Shown one piece after another: positions 38,727-47,990 of a stretch of 64,000 nt of DNA. How positions within the stretch are numbered: position 1 is the stretch's first letter; every line of letters begins with the position of its first letter. Source of the stretch: an uncultured Syntrophaceae bacterium (GTDB lineage Bacteria; Desulfobacterota; Syntrophia; Syntrophales; PHBD01); contig CAZLFA010000007.1 in assembly GCA_964558665.1 (NCBI GenBank), positions 15,266 through 79,265 of the forward strand, read 5' to 3'. The notes under the pieces were generated by a model, which did no database searches, was not told where the DNA came from, and worked only from the letters and a program-made list of their open reading frames with translations. The position numbers and the translations under genes were made by a program.

Positions 38727-40028
38727 TTACTCTGCAAGGCGCTGACGCCATCTCCTGTACATCAGATAGCCTGCCAGTACAGCTTCCGCCAGAGCGGCGG
38801 ACAGACCGGCAAGGGGGTTCATCTCCGGATGCGGCCAGAACAGAACTGTGACGCCCTTCAATTCAAGTGCGGTCAAAATAGCCGGAAACAATCCGTAGAG
38901 AAGAGCAAGACAAAGCATGGTTATGATATCCGCCCGTTTGTTGGATTTGCTGAGATTGAAGAAGATCATCATTGAGAAGTCGCGGATCATGAAGATCATG
39001 CCTGTTGCAACCAGCCACATGACGGAACCGGCATCGCCGGTGTCATGCGTCAGTGAAACGGCCAGGGCCAGTATTCCGGCAGAGATGGTTACCGGCAGGC
39101 TGAGGAGCCAGCGAGGCGTGCGCAGGAGAACATTGTCCCACTTCCTTGCCTCAATCAGGCGGACAAGGTTGCGAAGCGACAGGAAATCCTTGCGCTCGGT
39201 GAAGGCGGTGAAGTAGGTCGCGCCGGCGGAAACAAAAAAGGCAGCGCTGACAGCGCCGATGGCGCTTTTCTGAGATATGTGAAAGAACCCTGAAACATGC
39301 GCCATCAGAAACAGGACAAAACAAAGCCAGGGCCAGGGAGTGTTTTTCATCTGCAGTTCGATGCGCATGAGATTGTAAATTCCGGCAACCGCCCAGGCTG
39401 CGTAAAAGGATATGGTCAGAAGCACAAAATCAATCTTGGGAATTGACAAGCCGTACCACCTGACGATTTCTCTGCCGTCATAAGTCATGTTAAAAAAGGG
39501 AAGGGCGACCATGATTCCTATCAGCAGAAAGGCGACGGTCTGGCTTTTATAGAATTTGCGCTCCTTTTGCAGTGCGATGAGGCTCGACATGATGCTGATG
39601 GAATGGGCGAGCAATCCGATTAGAGCCAGAATGAGAACGGTTTTAAAGACGGTACCGGAATCCCTTTCCGGCGCCGATATCCAGTACACGAACAGGCAGA
39701 TCACAGCTCCGTACCAGGTATAGATTGTACTGCCGAATAGTTTTCCCCAGGTCAGAGACCAGGGAGTGATGGCCGACATCCTCTGTCCGTCCCAGGTGTG
39801 ATCACGGATTTCGCTTGTTATTGATTCCGAAGCCAGCTTTGTTCCCCAGATCAGGGAAATAACGAAAAACAAAGCCATCGATGTCGTGGCAGTCACACCT
39901 GCCAGCCTGTTTCCTTCGGACAGCCAGCCCAAATAAAAGACGGCCAGAAGAATCAGCGGCATGCCGACAAGGCGGTAGCGGGTTATCTCCAGCCAGAGGT
40001 TCCTGCTAAATTCCGGATTGATGCTCAA
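38727..40028 (-). CDS. Polytopic membrane protein, putative permease partner of the upstream ABC ATPase (family not recognised)
   Basis: 433 aa with 10-12 hydrophobic segments. A 4-nt overlap with the ATPase gene stop suggests translational coupling. Confidence 0.6.
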   Translation of the reverse strand: MSINPEFSRNLWLEITRYRLVGMPLILLAVFYLGWLSEGNRLAGVTATTSMALFFVISLIWGTKLASESITSEIRDHTWDGQRMSAITPWSLTWGKLFGSTIYTWYGAVICLFVYWISAPERDSGTVFKTVLILALIGLLAHSISIMSSLIALQKERKFYKSQTVAFLLIGIMVALPFFNMTYDGREIVRWYGLSIPKIDFVLLTISFYAAWAVAGIYNLMRIELQMKNTPWPWLCFVLFLMAHVSGFFHISQKSAIGAVSAAFFVSAGATYFTAFTERKDFLSLRNLVRLIEARKWDNVLLRTPRWLLSLPVTISAGILALAVSLTHDTGDAGSVMWLVATGMIFMIRDFSMMIFFNLSKSNKRADIITMLCLALLYGLFPAILTALELKGVTVLFWPHPEMNPLAGLSAALAEAVLAGYLMYRRWRQRLAE

Positions 40029-40954
40029 GATTTTTCTCCTCCGTCATCTGTTTTCTTCACAGTCCGCAAATAGGTCTCCTGCATGTTCCGCTTTTGCTCG
40101 GCGAACGAACAGACAGGGATCCCTTTCTCAAGAAGCCGGCGCAGCAGCCTGTGCTGTTCAATCGCCCCGGCGCTATAGGTAAAGACGGCCGTATTTCCTG
40201 AGAAGGTCAACTCTTCCACATCATCCTCCCCGCTCAGAAATTCTTCCAGTCCTTTATATGCGCCGGCGATCCTGATCTCGATGGCCGTTCGCTGCTTTTC
40301 GCCTGCAATCGGGGTATGATCGATGATCTTTCCTTCTCTTATGACCAGCATGTCAGTGGAGTATTCTTCCAACTCAGAAAGAATATGCGAGGAGACCAGC
40401 AGTGTCATGCCGTCATCGCGCAGCATGCGAAAAAGGCCTGCCAGACTGTGGCGGGCTTCCGGATCAAGTCCTGACGCCGGTTCGTCGAGCAGGAGAAATT
40501 TCGGCTCATGGACAATGGCCTGGGCAATGGCCAGCCGCTGCCGCTGTCCGCGCGAAAGCGTTCCGGCCTTCATCTCGAGGCGATCTGCAATCTCCAGCCG
40601 TTCGGCGCATAGATTTACAACCTTCATCTGTTTGTCGGGGGAAATGCCATGCGACATGGCGGCATACTGAAGACATCTTCTGACTGTGAGTTCTTCATAC
40701 AATCCGAAGAAATCCGAAAGGTAACCGACCTTGCGGTGGGTGTCGCGGGGGGAGTCAAGGATGTTTTCTCCGTCCATGAGGATTGATCCGGATACAGGCT
40801 CTTCTATCGCCGCCAGACAGCGGAGCAGTGTTGTCTTCCCCGCGCCGTTCGGCCCCACCAGGGCGGTTATGCTTCCCTCCCGTATCTTGAAAGAGACATC
40901 ATCAAGGGCTCTTGTTCCCGGATAATCGAAAATTATATTTTTCGCTTCAATCAT
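40025..40954 (-). CDS. ABC transporter ATP-binding protein
   Basis: Walker A GPNGAGKTT, signature LSRGQRQRL, Walker B LLLDEPASGLD and H-loop SSHIL; 309 aa. Confidence 0.92.
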   Translation of the reverse strand: MIEAKNIIFDYPGTRALDDVSFKIREGSITALVGPNGAGKTTLLRCLAAIEEPVSGSILMDGENILDSPRDTHRKVGYLSDFFGLYEELTVRRCLQYAAMSHGISPDKQMKVVNLCAERLEIADRLEMKAGTLSRGQRQRLAIAQAIVHEPKFLLLDEPASGLDPEARHSLAGLFRMLRDDGMTLLVSSHILSELEEYSTDMLVIREGKIIDHTPIAGEKQRTAIEIRIAGAYKGLEEFLSGEDDVEELTFSGNTAVFTYSAGAIEQHRLLRRLLEKGIPVCSFAEQKRNMQETYLRTVKKTDDGGEKS

Positions 40955-43370
40955 TGTACGCCTTTTTTAGAATCGTATTTATCCAGCAGCCTGCGAATGA
41001 CATCCGCCAGCTCGTTTATCTTGACCGGCTTTGTAAGCAGATGATCGATGCCCTGGTCTCTGCTTCTGCTCAGTTCCTCCTTTTCATGGAAACCTGAACA
41101 AAGGATTATAGGTACATAAGGCCTGATGCTTCTTATTGCCGCCGCCACATCAAATCCGGTCATTTTCGGCATGGTTTTGTCCGTAACCACCAGATCAAAT
41201 GCATCAGCGCGTGATTTGAACATCTCTACAGCCTTGACGGGGTCTGTTGCCGTCAATACGTTGTAATTAAGGTTCCCGAGCAGATGTTTATATGATTCAA
41301 CCACCATTTCCTCGTCATCGATGAAGAGAATTGTTTCCCCTTTTCCCTGCGGTATGATCTCTTCCCCGCTATCGGCATGTCCCTCCTGCATTTCAAGGAG
41401 CGGCATATAGATTCTGAAGATGCTCCCCGTGCCCTCTTCGCTGTCCACTCTGATTTCTCCGCCGTGATCCCTTACGATGCCGTGAACGACAGCAAGCCCC
41501 AGGCCTGCCCCCTCTCCCAGACCTTTGGTTGTAAAATACGGTTCAAAGATTCTTCCCAGCTTGTCCTGGGGGATGCCGACGCCGGTGTCCCGGACCAGCA
41601 TCTCCAGATAATGGCCGGGCTTCAGGGGCGGGTTAAGATGTATGCTGCCGGGATTGACCGTGGTTTTCTTAAGCCCGATTTCCAGGATGCCTCCGGTTTC
41701 TTTCATGGCGTGGCCCGCGTTTGTGCACAGGTTCATGAGCACCTGATGTATCTGAGTAGGATCGGCTATGATTACGTCGGAAGACGTTTCAATTGTCTGT
41801 TTTATTTCTATGGTGGAAGGAAGTGATGCCCTCATGAATTTTACGATTTCTTTAACTATCGGCGTGACGATGGTGGGGCTTTGCTTCTGTTCCGTCTTGC
41901 GGCTGAAGGTGAGTATCTGTTTTACCAGGTTTTTGGCTCTGTCCGCTGCCTTCAGCACCTCTTCCATGCTCTGGTACACTTTCGGCCTGTCTTTTACTGC
42001 CTCTTTGTAGAGTTGCGTGAAACCCATGATGCCGCTCAGGATGTTGTTGAAGTCATGAGCAATCCCGCCGGCGAGTGTTCCGATGGCCTCCATTTTCTGG
42101 GATTGTCTCAGTCTTTCTTCCAGCGCCACTTCCCTGGTGATGTCACGGTGAATGCATACATAATTGATGATGTTTCCGCCTTTATCGCGGACAGGCGACA
42201 TGGTTACTTCCGAATCGAAATAGGTGCCGTCTTTTCTTCTGTTAATGCCGCGTCCCGACCATATCTTTCCGCCTGCCAGGGTCTCACGGATGCTTCGGTA
42301 GTAGGATTTATCATGACTGCCGCTTTTCAGATTCCTTGTATGCCACCCTATGACTTCTCCTCTCTCATAGCCCAGCATGCGCTCGAATGCCGGATTTGCG
42401 TACTGTATTATCCAATGGGTGTCGGTCAGGTATATGCCTTCTGCGGTCTGCTCTATCGCCGTCACCAGCTTTGCCTGCTCTTCTTCAGCGCGCTTCTGTT
42501 CGGTGATGTCTTCAACTATCGACATTGCCCCCGTTATGCATCCGTTACGATCATGTATGGGTGTTATATGAAGGCGCAGAAGGCTTTTTCTCCCCCATTT
42601 CGAAGCATACTCCTTTTCAGCGTATATGTTGACATCATCATCCATGCACCAACGGAACAGATCGGAAATTCCCGCGTCAACCAGGAGAGGGAAGGTCAGA
42701 AGGTTGATGGCCATTGTCTGCTCGCGGGATGGCGAGCCCAGGATTTTCAGCAGGGCTGAATTGACATCTGTAATGCAGCCTGTCCCGTCGATTGAGATGA
42801 TTCCCAGGGGCGTGTTTTCTACAATAGCCCGGTAGCGCTCTTCGCTTTTTCTGATTTCTTCCTCAGTCTTTTTTCGATCGGCGATATTCCTGCAGACATT
42901 GACAATGCCGAGAGGCCTGCCTTCATGATCCACAAAACATCTCCGTTCACTTCAAACGGAATTATGCTGCCGTCTTTCATCAACAGGTTGTATTCCTGCG
43001 GGCCAAGCTTTTTTCCCATCATACGGATGGTGTTTTCTATGATTCTTGCGTGATCTTCCGGAGCAATGAACGAGAGCATGTTCTTGCCTTCAATCTCTTC
43101 CCTGGAATACCCGCTTACCTGAAGGGCGTAATCGTTGATAAAAAGGATTTTCCCTTCGAGATCCATGCATACCAGAATGTCGACCATGGTATTTATCGTA
43201 GTGCTGAAAAGCATTCTGCTCTCGCGCAGTTCATCTTCAATCTGTCTGCTGTCGGGGGATGTATGGCTTTTCAGATCGGCCAGTTGCCTGCGCAGAGCGG
43301 CGAGCTCTTCTGTCAGCATTTTCTTGGTCTTGTCTTCGTCCCGCATGTTTCCATCCCAAAGGATATGCAT
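40951..43370 (-). pseudogene. PAS/PAC hybrid sensor histidine kinase with C-terminal receiver, interrupted by a frameshift inside the first PAS domain (about 42,930-42,940)
   Basis: ORF 42819..43370 ends a PAS domain at ...IPFEVNGDVL, then runs into junk. ORF 40951..42933 begins (V)DHEGRPLGIVNVCRNIADRKK, the missing PAC end, in another frame. Downstream are 2-3 PAS domains, the H-box HDFNNIL, the ATPase G-boxes GLGLAVVHGIV and REC (VVTDKTMPKMTG). Confidence 0.75.
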
Positions 43371-43565
43371 TTACGGCATAATGTTATCATGAATCATGAT
43401 GAAGCGCCACGGCATAACTTGAACCCGCCCAGGAAGCTTTCCTGCTGTCGGCATCAAGAAGTAAGCACCGGTTATTCCAATACATTCATATCTGTTGACC
43501 ACCGGTGCCGGAGTATGCTAAGAATTCACATATTTATTTAAAAATCAACCTGTTGGAGAAATACA

Positions 43566-44222
43566 GTGATTGATCTTCATATGCATTCTATTTTCAGCGA
43601 TGGCGAGCTGATTCCCGCCGAGCTGGTAAGACGGGCCGTGAATCGTGGTTATACCGCCATGGCGATAACCGATCATGGTGACCATTCGAATATTGATTTT
43701 ATCATACCAAGGATTGTCAAGGCCTGCCGGCTGCTTTCAGAAGCCCACGGCATAAAGATAATCCCCGGAATCGAGCTGACCCACGTTCCGCCCGCGCACA
43801 TAGCCGGGCTGACAGCGGAGTCACGGAAGCTGGGGGCCGGAATAGTGGTTGTGCACGGAGAAACAATAGCGGAGCCGGTCATGACGGGGACCAACAGGGC
43901 AGCTCTGGAGTCCGGGGTGGACATTCTTGCCCATCCGGGATTGATCAGCGAGGATGATGTCCGCCTGGCGGCGAAAAAAAACATCCTGCTGGAGATATCC
44001 GCGAGAAAAGGCCATTCTCTTACCAACGGGCATGTAGCCAGGGTAGCGCGCAGTTGTCGGGCCTCTCTTATCCTGAATACGGACAGCCATGCGCCGCAGG
44101 ACCTTGTTGATGATGAGGCGGCGATAAGAATTGCCCTCGGAGCCGGTCTGTCGAAAGAAGAGACAGACGAAATATTCACAAATGCAAAAAAGCTGGTAGA
44201 TAAAGTCTGGGTCCGTGAGTGA
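43566..44222 (+). CDS. PHP-domain metal-dependent phosphoesterase (histidinol-phosphatase-like)
   Basis: GTG start after a GGAGA Shine-Dalgarno sequence. IDLHMHSIFSDG, AITDHGD and NTDSH are PHP metal-ligand motifs; 218 aa. Confidence 0.8.
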   Translation: MIDLHMHSIFSDGELIPAELVRRAVNRGYTAMAITDHGDHSNIDFIIPRIVKACRLLSEAHGIKIIPGIELTHVPPAHIAGLTAESRKLGAGIVVVHGETIAEPVMTGTNRAALESGVDILAHPGLISEDDVRLAAKKNILLEISARKGHSLTNGHVARVARSCRASLILNTDSHAPQDLVDDEAAIRIALGAGLSKEETDEIFTNAKKLVDKVWVRE

Positions 44223-45502
44223 TGAAAATAAGGCTGCTGAATGCAAGGGCAAACGCCAAATCGCCCTCGGAGCCGCTGAAGATATGCCTGTTGACTTATC
44301 GCGGCAATCCCACTTGCGGTGGCCAGGGCGTCTATATAAAATACCTGAGCCGCGCCCTCAGGGATCTGGGGCACAGCGTGGATGTGATCTCCGGACCGCC
44401 ATATCCGGAGTTGGTTGATAATGTCACGCTGCGCAAGCTGCCCGGCCTGGACCTTTATAATCCGGATCATCTCTTCAAGCCAAAAAAGATGAAATATCTG
44501 GTCTATCCGGTGAACCAGATAGAGTATCTGAGCATGTCCCTGGGAGGTTTTCCGGAACCGTTGACGTTCGGTCTCCGCGCCTATCACTATTTCCGGACCC
44601 GTCGGCCCGTCTATGATATAGTGCACGACAATCAATGTCTGTCCTACGGCCTGCTGGGGCTGCCGCAAATGGGTTTCCCCACAGTTGCCACCATACATCA
44701 CCCCATAACCAGGGACAGAGCCGTCGATCTTGAAGCGGCGCCCACCCTGCTGAAGAAAATCAAGGTAATGCGCTGGTATTCGTTTCTTCCCATGCAGAAG
44801 AGGGTATCCCGGCGTCTGGCGAGGCTTATTACTGTTTCCGAGTGCTCGAAAAAGGACATCAGCGCCGATTTCAGCGTGCCTCTGCATAATTTTAGAGTTG
44901 TGCCCAACGGCATCAACGACGATTACTTTTATCCTCTGCCGCACGTGAAGCGGTCAAAAGATCAGATAATCACAACCAACAGTGCGGACACGCCGCTAAA
45001 GGGTTTGAAATACCTGCTCGAGGCGGTGAAGGCCATCCGCAGGAAACGCCCGATAAAGCTTACCGTAATCGGAACTCCCAAAAAAGACGGAATGATCGAG
45101 CGGTATGTGAGACAATTGGGGATAGGGGATATTGTCAGATTTACAGGCAGGATAGAGTATGAAGAGTTTGCCGGATACTATGCCGAGGCGGCCATGGCGG
45201 TTATACCCTCATTGTATGAGGGATTCGGCATGCCGGCGGGCGAAGCGATGGCCTGCGGCGTTCCCGTTGTCAGCACGACCGGCGGCGCATTGCCGGAGGT
45301 GGTTGGGGAAGCCGGCATTCTGGTTCCCCCCGGAGACAGCCGCGCCCTCGAAAGGGCAATCGTCTCGCTGCTCGATAATCCTGAGAAGAGACAGATGATG
45401 GGCAGGGCGGGATTGGAAAGGGTCAACGCCTCATTTACCTGGCGCCATGCTGCACAGAGAACTATTGATGTCTACCGTGAGGCGATTGATGCTTACCGTT
45501 GA
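44222..45502 (+). CDS. Glycosyltransferase family 4 (GT-B, retaining)
   Basis: N-terminal CGGQGVYIKYLSRAL and the C-terminal E-x7-E region YEGFGMPAGEAMACGVPVVSTTGGALPEVV. The ATG overlaps the PHP stop (TGATG). Confidence 0.88.
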   Translation: MKIRLLNARANAKSPSEPLKICLLTYRGNPTCGGQGVYIKYLSRALRDLGHSVDVISGPPYPELVDNVTLRKLPGLDLYNPDHLFKPKKMKYLVYPVNQIEYLSMSLGGFPEPLTFGLRAYHYFRTRRPVYDIVHDNQCLSYGLLGLPQMGFPTVATIHHPITRDRAVDLEAAPTLLKKIKVMRWYSFLPMQKRVSRRLARLITVSECSKKDISADFSVPLHNFRVVPNGINDDYFYPLPHVKRSKDQIITTNSADTPLKGLKYLLEAVKAIRRKRPIKLTVIGTPKKDGMIERYVRQLGIGDIVRFTGRIEYEEFAGYYAEAAMAVIPSLYEGFGMPAGEAMACGVPVVSTTGGALPEVVGEAGILVPPGDSRALERAIVSLLDNPEKRQMMGRAGLERVNASFTWRHAAQRTIDVYREAIDAYR

Positions 45503-46205
45503 TTTTCACAAACTCAATATCAGACCGGGGATGAGGATTCTTGACGCGGGGTGCGGTGCCGGAAGGCACATAGGGACCGTCTATCCGAGAAGCCGTGTTG
45601 ATGTCGTCGGCATAGACCTGAAATGGGAGGACCTGAAGAAGTCTCAGTTTACTTTGCGCATGTCTCAGGAGGAAGGGCGAGGTCTGTGGATGATCTCTCA
45701 GTCCGATGTGACAAGCATTCCCTTCAAAGACGGCGTCTTTGATTTAGTCATCTGTTCAGAAGTGCTCGAACATATTCCCGACAATAAATCGGCAGTCTCC
45801 GAACTGATGAGGGTCTTGAAACCGGGCGGCGATCTTGTCGTCAGTGTCCCCAGATTTTTTCCGGAACGCATCTGCTGGGCTCTCTCGAAGAGTTATCATA
45901 ATGAGCCGGGGGGGCACATCAGGATATACAGAAAGAAGGAGCTGCTGAATCTCCTTGAGGGCGCCGGTGCGCGATGCACTGCCGTACGTTATAAACACGG
46001 GCTGCATGCCCCTTACTGGTGGCTCAAGTGTCTTGTGGGTCATAAAAAAGAAGATTCGCTGCCGGTTAATCTCTACAAGAGATTCCTTGAGTGGGACATA
46101 ATAAAGAATCCTCCTCTCACCCGGTTTCTCGAACATCTTTTAAACCCTTTTATCGCCAAGAGCATTGTTTATTACCTGAAGAAGGATAAGCTTATATGGA
46201 ATTGA
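45489..46205 (+). CDS. Class I SAM-dependent methyltransferase
   Basis: Motif I RILDAGCGAGRH and post-I/II motifs (FDLVICSEVLEHIPD, LKPGGDLVVSVP). The ATG at 45489 gives a 14-nt overlap with the GT4 stop. Confidence 0.85.
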   Translation: MLTVDFHKLNIRPGMRILDAGCGAGRHIGTVYPRSRVDVVGIDLKWEDLKKSQFTLRMSQEEGRGLWMISQSDVTSIPFKDGVFDLVICSEVLEHIPDNKSAVSELMRVLKPGGDLVVSVPRFFPERICWALSKSYHNEPGGHIRIYRKKELLNLLEGAGARCTAVRYKHGLHAPYWWLKCLVGHKKEDSLPVNLYKRFLEWDIIKNPPLTRFLEHLLNPFIAKSIVYYLKKDKLIWN

Positions 46206-47236
46206 ATCTGTCCCGCAGCAGTTCTGCGGCTGTTTTGGATACGGATGAAGTAGCGTCGTTTATCGCCTCGGTGCAGAAAGCCAATGGCGAAATTCCCTGG
46301 TCTGCAGGCGGCAAGACCGATCCCTGGGATCATGTGGAATCCGCCATGGGGTTGAGTGTTGCCGGTTATATCAAAGAAGCGGAAATGGCCTACAGATGGA
46401 TGTCATCAACCCAGTTGAAAGATGGAAGCTGGTGGGCGGCCGTCAAGGATGGAGAACCTGTCGACAAAACCAAAGACGCCAACTTCTCATCTTATATTGC
46501 CGTCGGCGTCTATCATCACTTTCTTGTTACCGGCAACGAGTCATTTCTCCGTTCCATGTGGCCGACCGTAAAGGCGGGCATCGATTATGCGTTGAATCTG
46601 CAGGCCCCCGGAGGCGAGATATACTGGGCGAGAAACGGCGAAGGCGTGGCGGATACAATGGCCTTACTGACCGGATCGAGCTCGGTTTACATGAGTCTGA
46701 AGTGCGCCCTTGCCATTGCCCGGCGTTTGGGAAAGAAGAGGCCGGCATGGGAAATATCCCTGGGCAGGCTGGGTGAGGCAATCAAAGAGAGACCCAATCT
46801 CTTCAACATGATGAAAAAACGTTATTCAATGGACTGGTATTATCCGGTTCTCTGCGGCGCCGTCACCGGTATGGATGCCAGGAGGCGCATAGATAAATCA
46901 TGGGACAGGTTCGTGGTTCCGGACTGGGGCGTGCGCTGCGTGTCCGATCGTCCCTGGGCGACCATGGCAGAGACGGCAGAGCTTGTCCTTGCACTCGTGG
47001 CAATCGGTGAAGCAGAAAGAGCAAAAGCCGTTTTCAGCTGGCTATGCGATAAAAAATTCGGCGACGGGTCATACTGGATGGGCGTGACGTTTCCGGACGG
47101 AGTCATATGGCCCGAGGACAAAACTTCATGGACTTCGGCCGCCATCCTGCTTGCACATGACGCCCTTCATAAAATCTCTCCCGCCGCCGGACTGTTTGAC
47201 CACTCGTTCTGGGAAGCAGCAGCAACTCAATTGTAG
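46196..47236 (+). CDS. (alpha/alpha)6-toroid protein (prenyltransferase/terpene-cyclase-like or GH15-like fold; function unknown)
   Basis: Repeating aromatic/Gly-rich helical hairpin motifs (QKANGEIPWSAGGKTDPWDHVESAMGL, QLKDGSWWAAV, LQAPGGEIYWARN, FGDGSYWMGV). 10-nt overlap with the methyltransferase stop. Confidence 0.55.
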   Translation: MELNLSRSSSAAVLDTDEVASFIASVQKANGEIPWSAGGKTDPWDHVESAMGLSVAGYIKEAEMAYRWMSSTQLKDGSWWAAVKDGEPVDKTKDANFSSYIAVGVYHHFLVTGNESFLRSMWPTVKAGIDYALNLQAPGGEIYWARNGEGVADTMALLTGSSSVYMSLKCALAIARRLGKKRPAWEISLGRLGEAIKERPNLFNMMKKRYSMDWYYPVLCGAVTGMDARRRIDKSWDRFVVPDWGVRCVSDRPWATMAETAELVLALVAIGEAERAKAVFSWLCDKKFGDGSYWMGVTFPDGVIWPEDKTSWTSAAILLAHDALHKISPAAGLFDHSFWEAAATQL

Positions 47237-47245
47237 GGTGTATCG

Positions 47246-47968
47246 TTGAAGAGAGACCACCGGCCTTATATCCTCAAGCGTCTGGATATACTTTTCCAGC
47301 AGTGGTACGTCCATCACTTCCTGAAACCGCAGTTTGCATATCTGGGCAAAGGGGCGCTTTTCATGAAGCCCTGGCACGTGGAGATATTCGGAGGTCCGGT
47401 GTCGCTGGGAAACTATGCCAACGTCATCGCCACGCCGGACAAGAAGGTGAGGCTCACCGTGTGGTCTGATTCTGCCGACAAGGGATCTATTGAAATTTCC
47501 GACTACTGTCTCATCTGTCCCGGTGTGCGGGTATCGGCGGCAACAAGCGTGGTCATCGGAGAAAGCTGCATGCTGGCGCAGGGGGCGTTTGTTACCGATT
47601 CAGACTGGCACGGCGTGTATGACCGCAGCCTGTCCGTGGGGCAGAGCATGCCGGTCAGGATAGGGAACAATGTCTGGATCGGAGACAGTGCCATCATCTG
47701 CAAAGGAGTTTCGATAGGTGAAAACAGCATCGTCGGTGCCGGGTCGGTAGTGGTTAAGGATGTAGGTCCGAATGTGATCGTCGCCGGAAACCCGGCGGTT
47801 GTCGTTAAGGAACTGGATAGAGACAGGCACATCAAAACCAGAGCGGATTGGTTCGCCGATCCCCGGCACCTTGCAGAGCAGTTCGATATCATCGACCGTC
47901 ATCATCTGCAGGACAATACCTGGCTGGGATGGGTGAGATCGGTTCTGTTCCCGAAGGCCGGCGACTAG
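47246..47968 (+). CDS. Left-handed beta-helix (hexapeptide-repeat) acyl/acetyltransferase
   Basis: Hexapeptide run IGNNVWIGDSAIICKGVSIGENSIVGAGSVVVKDV; TTG start 9 nt after the preceding stop. Confidence 0.8.
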   Translation: MKRDHRPYILKRLDILFQQWYVHHFLKPQFAYLGKGALFMKPWHVEIFGGPVSLGNYANVIATPDKKVRLTVWSDSADKGSIEISDYCLICPGVRVSAATSVVIGESCMLAQGAFVTDSDWHGVYDRSLSVGQSMPVRIGNNVWIGDSAIICKGVSIGENSIVGAGSVVVKDVGPNVIVAGNPAVVVKELDRDRHIKTRADWFADPRHLAEQFDIIDRHHLQDNTWLGWVRSVLFPKAGD

Positions 47969-47990
47969 TTCGTTTCGATCCGGAAACTGA

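Noticed and set aside
43673-44944. Very long antisense ORFs in the track: 423 aa here, and similarly 51365..52639 (424 aa), 53254..54405 (383 aa), 31050..32015 (321 aa), 41881..42759 (292 aa), 22969..23688 (239 aa) and 16722..17387 (221 aa).
   Set aside because: Each lies entirely opposite a gene with strong, motif-verified homology (PHP/GT4, pckA-like, nrdD, arnA, the kinase, ahcY, mfd). Their translations are Arg/Ser/Pro/Gly-rich with no recognisable motif. They are typical shadow ORFs of moderately GC-rich coding DNA.
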